Assembly (NCBI GenBank): GCA_963806035.1
Contig: CAWDWO010000031.1
Location: 1-64,000 of the forward strand
Direction: 5' to 3'
From: Candidatus Krumholzibacteriota bacterium
Lineage (GTDB): Bacteria > Krumholzibacteriota > Krumholzibacteriia > JAJRXK01
DNA: 64,000 nucleotides
Shown here piece after piece: positions 1 through 10,135 of this stretch; the first letter of the stretch is position 1, and every line of letters begins with the position of its first letter. A program made the position numbers and the translations under genes. The notes under the pieces were generated by a model. The model worked only from the letters and a program-made list of their open reading frames with translations. It searched no databases and was not told the origin of the DNA.

Positions 1-41
1 CGCCAACGTTCGTTCTGAGCCAGGATCAAACTCTCCGTTGT
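1..41 (-). rRNA. rrs: 16S rRNA, 5' end only (runs off window)
   Basis: Reverse complement of 1-34 reads AGAGTTTGATCCTGGCTCAGAACGAACGTTGGCG, the universal 27F region; exact mature 5' end approximate. Confidence 0.97.
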
Positions 42-159
42 AAAAAACGGAGCCGGGACAAAAGTCCCGGTTCATTCTCAACAAGTTGGCCCTCGAATCC
101 CTGTGACAGGATTCAAGAACCCACTCTCCAAAATCAGACGGGTCTCGCGCGCTATTCGA

Positions 160-173
160 TTATCAAAGAACCG
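160..173 (-). promoter_or_regulatory. boxA-like antitermination element in rrn leader
   Basis: Minus strand GGTTCTTTGATAA resembles rrn boxA (TGCTCTTTAACA) and lies between promoters and 16S. Confidence 0.6.
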
Positions 174-235
174 GGCATTTGGAATCGGCCCCGCCGCTAG
201 AAGCGGCATCAACTGCTTTTTCAGCAGGGCTGCCT

Positions 236-264
236 ATTTTAGGGATGTGGTCAGAGGGCGTCAA
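236..264 (-). promoter_or_regulatory. rrn proximal sigma70 promoter (P2-like)
   Basis: Minus strand TTGACG-17 bp-TAAAAT. Confidence 0.8.
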
Positions 265-339
265 GCAAAAGGAGTTAGAGCATCCCCGACCGACGCCTCG
301 CAAGGAAGCGCCTGCGCTCCCTAAGAGCAGCGGAGGCGC

Positions 340-368
340 AATATAGTGAGGGGGCCGGGGTCCGTCAA
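340..368 (-). promoter_or_regulatory. rrn distal sigma70 promoter (P1-like)
   Basis: Minus strand TTGACG-17 bp-TATATT followed by GC-rich discriminator GCGCC. Confidence 0.8.
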
Positions 369-445
369 GAGCTTTCGCTGAGAAAAGAGGGAAGAACTTC
401 GAGGTGGGCGCGGGAGCCGGCATCTTCTTGTCCGTCAAGCGCTTG

Positions 446-1675
446 CTAATGGAACTCCACGTCGAGAAAGACCCGTTTGCCCAGCTTGAGCCGATAGCGC
501 TGTCCCGCCCCGGCTGGCAGCTCCATCTGTGGACTGTCCGCGCGCTGTCCATCCACGGAGACTCCACCCTGCTCGATGAGGCGTCGCGCCTCGCCGCGGC
601 TCTTCACCAGGCTCAGATCGCTCAGGAGTTTGACGAGCCAGTAGTCCTTCTCCTGGGCGGGCAGGCGCCGGCACTCGACCTCCTCGGGTTCGCCCTTGTC
701 CACGAAGATGCGGTCGAAGGCGGCCTCCGCCTCGTGCGCGGCCTTCTCGCCGTGGTATTGGCCGATGATGTTGCGCGCCAGCCCCCGCTTGAGCTTGGCG
801 GGATGGCTCTCCGGATCCTTCAAGCGCGCGCGCATCGCGTCCATCGCGTCCGCGTCGAGATCGCTCAGGAGCTCGTACCAGCTGAGCATGAGATGGTCGG
901 GGATGGACATGACTTTGCCGAACATTTCCTCCGGCGCCTCGGTGATGCCGATGGCGTTGCCCAGGCTCTTGGACATCTTCTCCACCCCATCGGTGCCCGG
1001 CAAGAGCGGCATGGTCAAAACGGTTTGCGGACGCTGTCCGTACTGCGACTGCAGGTCCCTTCCCACCAGCAGATTGAATTTCTGATCGGTGCCGCCCACC
1101 TCGACGTCGGACTTCAGAGCCACCGAGTCGTAGCCCTGGAAGAGCGGATAGAGGAACTCCTGGATGCTGATGGGAGCGCCGGCCTTGTAACGTTTGGCGA
1201 AATCGTCGCGCTCGATCATCCGGGCCACGGTGTAACGACTCGCCAGGCGCAGCACATCCGCGCTGCCCATCGGCTCGCTCCACTCGCTGTTGAAGCGCAC
1301 CACGGTCTTCTTCTCGTCGAGGATCTTGAAGACCTGCTTCTTGTAGGTCTCCGCGTTGGCCGCGACTTCCTCCCTCGTCAGCATGGGCCGGGTCTCGCTC
1401 TTGCCGGTCGGGTCCCCGATCATGCCAGTGAAGTCCCCGATGAGGAAAATGACGGTGTGACCCAGATCCTGGAACTGTCGGAGCTTGCGGATGGTAACAG
1501 TGTGACCCAGGTGGAGGTCGGGCGCCGAGGCATCGAAGCCCTCTTTGACGAGCAGGGGCCGGTTCTCCTTACGGGCGGCCTTCAGCTTCTGCTCCAGCTC
1601 ACCCGCAGGCAGGATCTCGCTCACTCCTCGAGAGATCAGACGCATCTGATCCGCGACGCTCGGCATTCCACTCAT
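446..1675 (-). CDS. tyrS: tyrosine--tRNA ligase
   Basis: [13 protein letters not shown] (HIGH), [14 protein letters not shown]-terminal S4-like domain. Confidence 0.97.
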   Translation of the reverse strand: MSGMPSVADQMRLISRGVSEILPAGELEQKLKAARKENRPLLVKEGFDASAPDLHLGHTVTIRKLRQFQDLGHTVIFLIGDFTGMIGDPTGKSETRPMLTREEVAANAETYKKQVFKILDEKKTVVRFNSEWSEPMGSADVLRLASRYTVARMIERDDFAKRYKAGAPISIQEFLYPLFQGYDSVALKSDVEVGGTDQKFNLLVGRDLQSQYGQRPQTVLTMPLLPGTDGVEKMSKSLGNAIGITEAPEEMFGKVMSIPDHLMLSWYELLSDLDADAMDAMRARLKDPESHPAKLKRGLARNIIGQYHGEKAAHEAEAAFDRIFVDKGEPEEVECRRLPAQEKDYWLVKLLSDLSLVKSRGEARRLIEQGGVSVDGQRADSPQMELPAGAGQRYRLKLGKRVFLDVEFH

Positions 1676-1738
1676 GCCTCAAACCGTTCTTGAAAGGATG
1701 AAAAGAGGCCCCCGGCAGGGGTGCGCACGAGTCGCGAC

Positions 1739-1768
1739 ACGCTATCAACCACCACCCCCGGGTGTCAA
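1739..1768 (-). promoter_or_regulatory. putative tyrS promoter
   Basis: TTGACA-18 bp-TAGCGT. Confidence 0.5.
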
Positions 1769-1843
1769 GGAAGCCGCGGCCCTTGCCCCCATCGCGCTTT
1801 GATCGTAGGGTGCCGCGAAGGACTTCAGCTCAGCAAGGTCGAG

Positions 1844-4030
1844 ATGGACGAAGATAGGGAAAGCGAATCCAAGCCGAGGGCGAGAGGGCTCTTCAAGCGT
1901 CGTATCCCGCGGCGAGTGGTACGGGGACTTTTCCTCGGCGCGCTCGTCCTTTTGTGCCTCTCCGTCGGTGCGGGGTACGTGGTGATCCGGGTGCTCTCGC
2001 GGGACCTGCCCTCCCCGGCTCGTCTTTCGACCATACGTCCGCCCAGCAAGACTCTCATCTTCGCGGCCAACGGCGACACCCTCCACGAGTATTTCACGCA
2101 GAATCGAGTCAACCTCCCCCTGGATCAGATCCCCGAGGGACTCGTCCATGCCGTGATCGCCACCGAGGACCGACGCTTCTACCAGCACTACGGCGTCGAT
2201 CTCGGCGGCATCATGCGCGCCATCTTCGTCGATCTCCGCACGGGCAGCGCCGCACAGGGTGCCTCCACCCTTACCCAACAGCTCGCCCGCAGCCTCTTTC
2301 TTTCCCCGGACAAGCGCTGGGAACGAAAACTGCGGGAGCTGCTGCTCGCACTGCGCATCGAACGTACCTACACCAAAGACGAGATCCTGGAGATGTATCT
2401 CAACACCATCTACTTCGGGCACGGAGGCGCCTACGGAGTGGAATCGGGAGCGCGCACCTTCTTTGGCAAAGGGGTCGCCGATCTGAAACCCTCGGAGTAC
2501 ACGATGCTCGCGGGGATCCTGGCCAACCCCGGTTACTACTCGCCAGTGCATCATCTCGACCGGGCCTACAAGAGACGTGCTCTGGTGCTGAAGAGCATGG
2601 TCCGCGCGGGATACCTGAGTGCCGAGGACGCGGAGAAGATCGGCCAACAAGAGGTCGTCATCGTTCCACCCACCGAGCGCGAGATCATCGCACCCTACTT
2701 TCTGGAAACGGTTCGCCAGTACCTGGAACAGAACTACGGCAGCGAGCAGCTCTACGAGGAGGGACTGCGCGTCTACACCACCTTGGATCCCAGCTTGCAG
2801 CGACTGGCCGAAAGTTGCTTCGAGCAGGAGCTCCTGCGCCGCGAGACCGAGGGCCACTACAAAATGACTCGCGCGCTCTACGACAGCCTGAACGCCGAGA
2901 TCAGCGAGAAGCCCAAGACCACCTATCTCCAGGGCGCTCTGGTGGCAATGGATGCCCGCACCGGTGAGGTGCGCGCCATGATCGGCGGGCGCGACTTCGA
3001 GGCCAGCCGCTGGAATCGCGCGATGCAGGCCCAGCGCCAGCCCGGCTCCATCTTCAAACCCTTCCTCTACACCACCGCCCTGGAGCGCGGTTGGACGCCG
3101 GCCGACATCCTGCTGGACGCGCCGGTCGAGGTCGATACCGGCAGCGATGAGCTTTGGCGTCCGGTGAATTTCGACGAGACCTTCCGCGGCCCGGTGAGCG
3201 TCCGTTACGCGCTCGCCAACTCCATCAACATTCCCGCGGTACGACTCATTTTGAAGATCGGTCCCCAACCGGTGATCGAGACCGCGCATCGCATGGGGAT
3301 CACCAGCGAAATCCCCGACGTGTATTCGATCGCCCTCGGTTCGGGGGAAGCGAATCTGTTGGAGCTCGTAGGCGCGTATTCCACCTTCGCCAACGGCGGC
3401 ATTCGCACCAAACCGATCATGATCGAACGCATCACCAACAATCGCGGCGAAACGCTCGAAGAGAGCAAGGTGTACCAGGAGGAAGTCCTCGACGAACGCA
3501 TAAACTACCTCATGGTCGACATGATGCGCACTGCCATCAAAGAGGGTACCGGGCGCACCGCTAGCGCCTACGGCTGGACGCGTGACTCGGCGGGAAAGAC
3601 AGGAACCACCGATCGCAATACCGACGCCTGGTTCATCGGTTTCACTCCGGAGATGGTGTGCGGGGTGTGGGTCGGCTTCGACGACAACGTCAGCATGGGT
3701 CGCAAACGAACCGGAGCCGTCATGGCTCTGCCCATCTGGGCCAGAACGATGACCGCCTACTACGAGGGCGCTCCCGAGCCGCATTTCAAGAAGCCGGCCG
3801 GAATCGTCACCAGGCTCGTGTGTTCGCAAAGCGGCCAGCTCGCCACCGAGAACTGCCCGGAAGTACACGAAGAAATTTTCGTGGAGGGAATGGCCCCGAC
3901 GCGTCTCTGCGAACTGCACCAGCCGCAGAGCACCGACATGCCGCAGCAGAGCGGAGATTTCGAGAGTCTCGATCGGCAGTCGCAACGCGGGGACGAGTTC
4001 GACACCAAGACCAGCAAGGGTGGCGGCTGA
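1844..4030 (+). CDS. class A penicillin-binding protein (PBP1A family)
   Basis: N-terminal TM; EDRRFYQH and GASTLTQQL transglycosylase motifs; SIFK, SIN, KTG transpeptidase motifs; start set at ATG 1844. Confidence 0.95.
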   Translation: MDEDRESESKPRARGLFKRRIPRRVVRGLFLGALVLLCLSVGAGYVVIRVLSRDLPSPARLSTIRPPSKTLIFAANGDTLHEYFTQNRVNLPLDQIPEGLVHAVIATEDRRFYQHYGVDLGGIMRAIFVDLRTGSAAQGASTLTQQLARSLFLSPDKRWERKLRELLLALRIERTYTKDEILEMYLNTIYFGHGGAYGVESGARTFFGKGVADLKPSEYTMLAGILANPGYYSPVHHLDRAYKRRALVLKSMVRAGYLSAEDAEKIGQQEVVIVPPTEREIIAPYFLETVRQYLEQNYGSEQLYEEGLRVYTTLDPSLQRLAESCFEQELLRRETEGHYKMTRALYDSLNAEISEKPKTTYLQGALVAMDARTGEVRAMIGGRDFEASRWNRAMQAQRQPGSIFKPFLYTTALERGWTPADILLDAPVEVDTGSDELWRPVNFDETFRGPVSVRYALANSINIPAVRLILKIGPQPVIETAHRMGITSEIPDVYSIALGSGEANLLELVGAYSTFANGGIRTKPIMIERITNNRGETLEESKVYQEEVLDERINYLMVDMMRTAIKEGTGRTASAYGWTRDSAGKTGTTDRNTDAWFIGFTPEMVCGVWVGFDDNVSMGRKRTGAVMALPIWARTMTAYYEGAPEPHFKKPAGIVTRLVCSQSGQLATENCPEVHEEIFVEGMAPTRLCELHQPQSTDMPQQSGDFESLDRQSQRGDEFDTKTSKGGG

Positions 4031-4033
4031 TCC

Positions 4034-5338
4034 TCAGCTGACTCTCTCGAATATCAGCGGAGTCGGCGCACATTTCTCCTCGCCGACCGGCATGGCGGTC
4101 CGCAAGCGCTCGCGGCAGGCACGGGCCGCGCTCTCATCCCGCGCGAAAATGCGGACGAGCGGCTGTCCTTCATCCACCTCGTCGCCCACCCTCACGAGGA
4201 CCTTCAGGCCCACTCCCAGATCCAGCTCATCGTCGCTGCGCCGCCGCGCGCCCCCCAGCTCCACCAGGGAGAGCCCGATCTGTTCAGCGTCCATGGGCTG
4301 CACCCAGCCGCTGCTCTTCGCCACGAGAGGCTCGCACTCGGGAGCGATCGAGAGGCAGCTCGCCGGCGCCTTCTCATCCATGCGCCCGCCGTGCGCGTGG
4401 ACCATCCGGAGAAAACGGGCGAGCGCGCTCCCGTCGTCGAGGTGCCGCGCGCAGCGCTCTTTCAATTCCTCGAGCGCTCCCAGTCCGGCCAGCTCGCCCA
4501 TGGCGGCGGTGAGTTCGATGGTGAGGGTGCGAAGCTCCTCTGGACCCTCGCCCGACAGTCCCTCGATGGCCTCCTCGGCCTCCAGCGCGTGCCCGACCGC
4601 AGAGCCCAGAGGCTGGCCCATGTCGGTGATCAAAGCGCAGATCTTGCGGCCGGCGCGGGTGGCCGTCGCCAAAAGGGATTCGGCCAGAGTGCGCGCTGCC
4701 TTGGGATCGCGCATGAAGGCGCCGCTGCCGCACTTGAGATCGATCACGAGATTCGCGGGACCGGCCGCGATCTTCTTGGAAAGAATGGAAGAGACGATGA
4801 GGGGAACGCAGTCGACGGTCGCGGTGACGTCCCGCAGGTGGTAGAGCCGGCGGTCGGCCGGGGCAATCTCCCCCGTCTGACCGGTGATCGAACAACCCAC
4901 TCTCTCGACGACCTGAAGAAATTCGCGCGGAGACAAGTCGATGCGGTAACCGGGAATCGATTGCAGCTTGTCCAGAGTGCCCCCGGTGTGACCCAATCCG
5001 CGTCCGGAAAGCATGGGCACCGAGAGTCCCAGCTCGGCCGCCAAGGGGGCGAGCAGAAGTGAGACCTTGTCCCCCACGCCTCCGGTCGAATGCTTGTCCG
5101 CGGTCGGCCCAGGAAGCTCGGAGAGGTCGAGTCGAATTCCGCTGGAAGCCATGCGCTCGGTGAGTTGGTAGGTTTCCTCCACCGACATCCCGCGAAACCA
5201 CACGGCCATCAACCAGGCCGCGAGCTGATACTCCGGGATGCTCCCATCGGTGATCGCGTCGACGAGCGCGGCGATCTCCTCCGCGGTGTGCTCTCGTCCG
5301 TGCTTCTTCCAAGTGATCAGTTCATACGGAGTCTTCAA
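4034..5338 (-). CDS. pdp: pyrimidine-nucleoside/thymidine phosphorylase
   Basis: [32 protein letters not shown]. Confidence 0.95.
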   Translation of the reverse strand: MKTPYELITWKKHGREHTAEEIAALVDAITDGSIPEYQLAAWLMAVWFRGMSVEETYQLTERMASSGIRLDLSELPGPTADKHSTGGVGDKVSLLLAPLAAELGLSVPMLSGRGLGHTGGTLDKLQSIPGYRIDLSPREFLQVVERVGCSITGQTGEIAPADRRLYHLRDVTATVDCVPLIVSSILSKKIAAGPANLVIDLKCGSGAFMRDPKAARTLAESLLATATRAGRKICALITDMGQPLGSAVGHALEAEEAIEGLSGEGPEELRTLTIELTAAMGELAGLGALEELKERCARHLDDGSALARFLRMVHAHGGRMDEKAPASCLSIAPECEPLVAKSSGWVQPMDAEQIGLSLVELGGARRRSDDELDLGVGLKVLVRVGDEVDEGQPLVRIFARDESAARACRERLRTAMPVGEEKCAPTPLIFERVS

Positions 5339-6210
5339 TACCCGCTGCCCCCACTCTCCCCCGCTAGAATTTTCACGCCAGCGCTGGCGCCCAGACGATT
5401 GGCACCGGCTTTGATCATCGCTTCCGCGGTCTTCCGGTCGCGGATTCCGCCGCTCGCTTTCACCCCGATCTCCGCCCCGACGACGCTGCGCATCAGCGCG
5501 ACGTCCGCCACCGTGGCGCCGCCTCCTCCAAATCCGGTCGAGGTCTTCACGTAGTGCGCTCCCGCCTCCTTGGCCAGCGCACAGGCTGCGATCTTCTCGT
5601 CGTCCTCCAAAAGAGAGGTCTCCAGAATGACCTTCACGCAGGCGCCTCCCTGAACGCTTTGCACCACCGAGCGGATGTCATCGTGCACCGCCGCGTAGTT
5701 CTTGTCCTTCAGAGCCCCCACGTTCAGCACCATGTCCACCTCGGTTGCGCCGTGGCGCACGGCTTCTCCGGCCTCGAAAGCCTTCGCGGTGGAGGTCGTC
5801 GCGCCCAGAGGAAAACCGATGACCGAACAGACCTCGACCCCCGCACCACTGAGAAGTGACGCGCAGAGTTGCACCCAGTAGGGATTCACACAGACCGAAG
5901 CAAAGTGGTTGGAGCGCGCCTCCTCGCAGAGGGTGCGGATCTCGCTTTCGCTGGCCTGGGGCTTGAGCAGGGTATGATCGATGGTCCCGGCCAGCTCGGG
6001 TGGCAAGCTGCGGGCTTTCAGATCGCAGGAGATGCGGCAGGCGCCTTCGTCGACCATGGCACGGAGATGCGCATCCGTGGGGGAACTCAGGCTGCAGCCA
6101 CAGCTACTCGCCGCCGGTCCGACCCCGGTGAATCCTCCCTGGGTGAGCCGAAGAAGGACCCGGTCGGTGATACGTTCGACGAGGGTGGCGCGCGCGGCGG
6201 AATCCATCAC
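5335..6210 (-). CDS. deoC: deoxyribose-phosphate aldolase with N-terminal extension
   Basis: IDHTLLK, GFPLG, EVDMV, KTSTGF, KASGGIR. Confidence 0.96.
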   Translation of the reverse strand: MMDSAARATLVERITDRVLLRLTQGGFTGVGPAASSCGCSLSSPTDAHLRAMVDEGACRISCDLKARSLPPELAGTIDHTLLKPQASESEIRTLCEEARSNHFASVCVNPYWVQLCASLLSGAGVEVCSVIGFPLGATTSTAKAFEAGEAVRHGATEVDMVLNVGALKDKNYAAVHDDIRSVVQSVQGGACVKVILETSLLEDDEKIAACALAKEAGAHYVKTSTGFGGGGATVADVALMRSVVGAEIGVKASGGIRDRKTAEAMIKAGANRLGASAGVKILAGESGGSGY

Positions 6211-6617
6211 TTCTCCTTCTCGCGAAAATCAGTAAAGGCAAAGGGCATCAGCTCTGAGAGCTGGTACTGCGCGGTGTCGCCCTTTTCGTTCACTAGAACC
6301 ACTGCCAGCTGCGGAGCGAATTCCTGCAGGACTTGCCGGCAAGCTCCGCATGGTGGGGTGAGCTCCGGAGCGCGGGTGGCGATGGCGATCGCCTCGAAGG
6401 AGCGCACGCCCTCGCTCACCGCCTTGAAGATCGCGGTTCGTTCGGCACAGACCGAGAGTCCAAAAGAAGCATTTTCCACGTTGCAGCCACTGTGTACCTT
6501 ACCCTCGGAGTCGAGCAGAGCGGCACCGACGGCGAATCCGGAATACGGAGCGTGCGCGTGCGTCAGAGCTTTCAGCGCGGCGTCACGCAGGAGCTGGATC
6601 CGGGCTTGGTCGAGCAT
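6207..6617 (-). CDS. cdd: cytidine deaminase
   Basis: APYS, NVEN, CAE, PCGACRQ. Confidence 0.96.
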   Translation of the reverse strand: MLDQARIQLLRDAALKALTHAHAPYSGFAVGAALLDSEGKVHSGCNVENASFGLSVCAERTAIFKAVSEGVRSFEAIAIATRAPELTPPCGACRQVLQEFAPQLAVVLVNEKGDTAQYQLSELMPFAFTDFREKEK

Positions 6618-6640
6618 GTCCCCTCCCTTTGTGCAGCCGA

Positions 6641-6669
6641 ACGGTAGCCCCTCGCGCCGAGACTGTCAA
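6641..6669 (-). promoter_or_regulatory. putative cdd-deoC-pdp promoter
   Basis: TTGACA-17 bp-TACCGT upstream of GGGAGG RBS. Confidence 0.55.
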
Positions 6670-6699
6670 CGCAGCCTGGAATGTGGCAAACTGTCGCCC

Positions 6700-8043
6700 A
6701 TGGATGAACTCTTCGAATCCCCCTCACCCGCGCCGGACGCCAACTCACGCGCACCCCTGGCGGAGCGCATGCGTCCGCGAAAGCTATCGGAAATGGTGGG
6801 GCAGGATCGAGCCCTCGGCGAGGGCACGATCTTGGGGGCGGCCATCGCCCAACACGAGCTTCCCAGTTTGGTGCTGTGGGGACCACCGGGCTGTGGAAAG
6901 ACCACCCTGGCCCGCTGCCTGGCCGACGCCATCGCGGTGCAATTTCTCGGCTATTCGGCGGTCAGCGTAGGCATCAAGGAACTCAAGGCGGTGATGACGC
7001 AGGCCAAGCGCCTGCGCGCCATGGGCGGGAAAGCCCCCATGCTCTTCCTCGATGAGATCCACCGCTTCAACAAGGCCCAACAGGACTCCCTGCTACATTT
7101 CGTGGAGGCCGGTGACGTGATTCTGGTGGGCGCCACCACCGAAAATCCCTCCTTCGAGGTGAACGCCGCTCTGCTCTCCCGCTGCCGCGTGGTCGTTTTG
7201 GATCCTCTCACTCCCGAGGCCATTCTCACCCTCTTGGAGCGTGCGCTCGTGGACGAGCGCGGGCTCAAGTCGGAATCGGTTAAGGCTGATGCAGATGCTC
7301 TGCGCATCTTCGCCGAACGCTGCGGGGGGGACGCCCGTTTTGCCTTGAGCAGCCTGGAACTGGCGGTGTCCTCGATCAAGAAGGAAAAGCGCCGCCGCAT
7401 CGACCTCGCTCTCGCCGAGCAGGTCCTGGCCGAAGCCCACCTCATCTACGACAAGCAGGGCGAGGAACACTTCAACCTCATCAGCGCCTTGCACAAGTCC
7501 TTGCGCAACTCCGACGCCCAGGCCGGCATCTACTGGCTGGCCCGCATCCTGGAATCGGGAGAGGATCCTCTGTACGTGGCTCGCCGGCTGATCCGCTTCG
7601 CCAGCGAGGACGTGGGCCTCGCCGATCCACAGGCCCTCTTGCAGGCCAGCGCAGCGTTCAGCGCGGTGCACCAGATCGGCATGCCCGAGGGCGCTCTCGC
7701 TCTGGCCCAGGTGGCGGTGTATCTGGCGCAGGCCCCCAAGAGCAACGCTCTGTACACCGCCTATTCCGCGGCGAAACGAGAGCTAAAGGAGGGCCGCAAC
7801 GAACCGGTGCCTCTCCACTTGCGGAACGCGCCGACCAAACTCATGGGAGATCTCGGCTACGCCGAGGGATACCGCTACGCCCACGACGAGAGCGAAGGCG
7901 TGGCCGCAATGGATTGCCTTCCCGAATCGATGAAGGGGCAGGTCTTCTACCGCCCCACCGAACGTGGATTCGAAAAGGAAGCAGCCCAAAGGCTGCGGGC
8001 GGCGTGGCGGCTCGCCCACCCGGCGAAGGGAGAGCATCAGTGA
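6700..8043 (+). CDS. rarA: replication-associated recombination protein A (MgsA/RarA AAA+)
   Basis: PLAERMRP, GPPGCGKTT, DEIHRFNKAQQD, ATTENP; start set at ATG 6700. Confidence 0.95.
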   Translation: MDELFESPSPAPDANSRAPLAERMRPRKLSEMVGQDRALGEGTILGAAIAQHELPSLVLWGPPGCGKTTLARCLADAIAVQFLGYSAVSVGIKELKAVMTQAKRLRAMGGKAPMLFLDEIHRFNKAQQDSLLHFVEAGDVILVGATTENPSFEVNAALLSRCRVVVLDPLTPEAILTLLERALVDERGLKSESVKADADALRIFAERCGGDARFALSSLELAVSSIKKEKRRRIDLALAEQVLAEAHLIYDKQGEEHFNLISALHKSLRNSDAQAGIYWLARILESGEDPLYVARRLIRFASEDVGLADPQALLQASAAFSAVHQIGMPEGALALAQVAVYLAQAPKSNALYTAYSAAKRELKEGRNEPVPLHLRNAPTKLMGDLGYAEGYRYAHDESEGVAAMDCLPESMKGQVFYRPTERGFEKEAAQRLRAAWRLAHPAKGEHQ

Positions 8044-8999
8044 AGAGGATCGCGGTGATGACCAGTGGAGGTGACGCGGCCGGCATGAATCCGGCCCTGC
8101 GCGCCGTGGTTCGTGCTTCCAACCGGCAAGGGGTGGAGGTGGTCGGCGTGCGCTGCGGTTTCGCTGGTCTCAAAGAGGGAGACTTCATCGACCTCGATCC
8201 CAGCTCGGTGAGTGGCATCGTGCAGAGGGGTGGCACGATCCTGCGCACCTTTCGCCTGGCGGATTTCGAACGCCGGGAGGTGCGGGACCAAGCCGCTCGT
8301 CTGTTCATGGCGCGCGAACTGGACGGCCTCATCATCATCGGCGGGGATGGGAGTTTTCGAGGCGGACACTGCATCGACAGCGAATGGAACGTACCGGTGG
8401 TCGGCGTGCCGGCGACCATCGACAACGACATTCCGGGGACCGATTATTCCATCGGTTACGATACCGCTTTGAACATCGCGGTGGACGCAGTCGACAAGAT
8501 CCGCGATACCGCCACGAGTCACGGACGCATTTTCGTGCTCGAGGTCATGGGCCGACATTCCGGCATGCTGGCCGCCGCGACCGGGCTCTGTTGCGGAGCC
8601 GAGGAGATCCTGGTTCCCGAGGCCGTTTTTGATTACGACCAGATCGTTCGCAACATCGAGGGTGGCTACGACCGGGGCAAGCAGCACGCCATCATCATCG
8701 TGGCCGAAGGCGCCGCATCGGCCACCACGGTGTGCGCCGCCATCAAGAGCCGCCTCTCGCGAGAAGTTCGCATGGTCGTGCTGGGTCACATCCAGCGCGG
8801 CGGCGCACCCTCCGCATTCGATCGCGTTCTCGCTGCACGTCTCGGACACGCCGCGGTGGAACAATTGCTGGACGGCGCGCGTGGAGTCATGGTGGGACTG
8901 AAGGCCAACGTGATCACTTTGAGTTCTCTGAAGAAAGAGCGCGACCGGACCCGTGAGACCGTGGAGTACATGCTCGAACTCCACCGCTACACGCGCTGA
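8040..8999 (+). CDS. pfkA: ATP-dependent 6-phosphofructokinase
   Basis: TSGGDAAGMN, GGDGS, TIDNDI, EVMGR, GHIQRGG; GTG start overlaps rarA stop. Confidence 0.95.
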   Translation: MKRIAVMTSGGDAAGMNPALRAVVRASNRQGVEVVGVRCGFAGLKEGDFIDLDPSSVSGIVQRGGTILRTFRLADFERREVRDQAARLFMARELDGLIIIGGDGSFRGGHCIDSEWNVPVVGVPATIDNDIPGTDYSIGYDTALNIAVDAVDKIRDTATSHGRIFVLEVMGRHSGMLAAATGLCCGAEEILVPEAVFDYDQIVRNIEGGYDRGKQHAIIIVAEGAASATTVCAAIKSRLSREVRMVVLGHIQRGGAPSAFDRVLAARLGHAAVEQLLDGARGVMVGLKANVITLSSLKKERDRTRETVEYMLELHRYTR

Positions 9000-9003
9000 T
9001 CTC

Positions 9004-10044
9004 TCAGACCGAGAAGCGGATTTCCATCACGTCCCCGTCCTGAACGAGGTAATCCTTCCCCTCCAGACGGTAGACGCCGGCCGCCTTGGCCGCCTTTTCA
9101 CTGCCGTGCTTCTTCAGCTCTTCGAAGGCAACCACCTCGGCACGGATGAATCCCCTCTGCAGGTCGCTGTGGATCTTGCCCGCGGCCTGGGGCGCGGTCG
9201 ATCCCTTGCTGACGCTCCAGGCCCGGCACTCGTCCTTGCCCGCGGTGAGGAAGGAAATGAGTCCCAGACTCTTGTAACAGGAACGCAGAAAGCGTTCGAT
9301 CGCGGGGCGTTCGATTCCCAGCTCCCGCATGAACTCGCCGCGTTCGCTCTCACTCAGTGAGGCGATCTCGGCCTCCAGCGCCGCCGACAGCGCGCAGAGT
9401 TCGTGGCCCGCGCGCGCGCAGGCCTCCTTGAGACGCGCCGGACTCTCCTGCCCCGCATCCTCTTCGGAGAGGTTCGCGACGACCAGCACCGGCTTGAGGG
9501 AGAGAAACTGGTAGCCTCTCATCATCCCCTGCTCGCTCGCGCTGAGCTGCAGGACCCGCAGCGGACGACTTGCCTCCAGATGCGCCTTGAGCTTCTCCAT
9601 GAGGGCCATCTCCTTCTCGGCCTCCTTGTTGCCGCGCTTGCGATCGGCAACCAGGCGCTCGAGACGGTTCTCCACCAACTGGAGATCGCACACCGCGGTC
9701 GCGAGTTCGAATTCGTCCAGCTCGTTTTCCGCGGAAGCGGTGCCGGAAAAACAGTCCAGGACCAGAACGATTCCCTCGCAGACCCTCAATTCCTGGATGT
9801 TGAGCAGATGCGCCAGATCCTCGCCCGCGTGCCGGGGATCCGCCCCCAAATCCACGAACTCGAGGGTGGCGTGCGTCACCTTCTTGGGCTGGTGGAGTTC
9901 GGCCAGCCACTGCAATCGCTCGTCGGGAATGGGAATGACCGCCTCGTTGTCGTGACGTCCGCGTCGAGCCGACTCTCCCGCCATGAGCAGCGCGAAGAGG
10001 CTGGATTTGCCGCTCTGGGGGGCGCCGACGATACCGAAACTCAT
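9004..10044 (-). CDS. ychF: YchF-family ATPase (divergent) with C-terminal TGS/DUF933
   Basis: GAPQSGKSS, IPDERL, AGKIHSDLQRGFIRAEV, EGKDYLVQDGD. Confidence 0.85.
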   Translation of the reverse strand: MSFGIVGAPQSGKSSLFALLMAGESARRGRHDNEAVIPIPDERLQWLAELHQPKKVTHATLEFVDLGADPRHAGEDLAHLLNIQELRVCEGIVLVLDCFSGTASAENELDEFELATAVCDLQLVENRLERLVADRKRGNKEAEKEMALMEKLKAHLEASRPLRVLQLSASEQGMMRGYQFLSLKPVLVVANLSEEDAGQESPARLKEACARAGHELCALSAALEAEIASLSESERGEFMRELGIERPAIERFLRSCYKSLGLISFLTAGKDECRAWSVSKGSTAPQAAGKIHSDLQRGFIRAEVVAFEELKKHGSEKAAKAAGVYRLEGKDYLVQDGDVMEIRFSV

Positions 10045-10080
10045 TCCCCACCTCCGTTCCCCCCTCAGCTGGGGGGCATG

Positions 10081-10120
10081 AAAAGGCCCACTTCACGTTC
10101 TCCATGAAGTGGGCCGAAAA
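10081..10120 (-). terminator. intrinsic terminator
   Basis: 11-bp stem GGCCCACTTCA/TGAAGTGGGCC followed by TTTT on the minus strand, just after the 10136 gene. Confidence 0.8.
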
Positions 10121-10135
10121 CTCGCTTCCTCTAGC

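Noticed and set aside
433..438. Third TTGACG upstream of the rrn promoters
   Set aside because: No -10 element at 16-18 bp spacing
404..1693. Long antisense/shadow ORFs (also 1745-3985, 14540-16195, 41959-44394, 54888-56384 and others)
   Set aside because: They lie opposite well-supported genes; expected from high-GC codon bias; no family motifs
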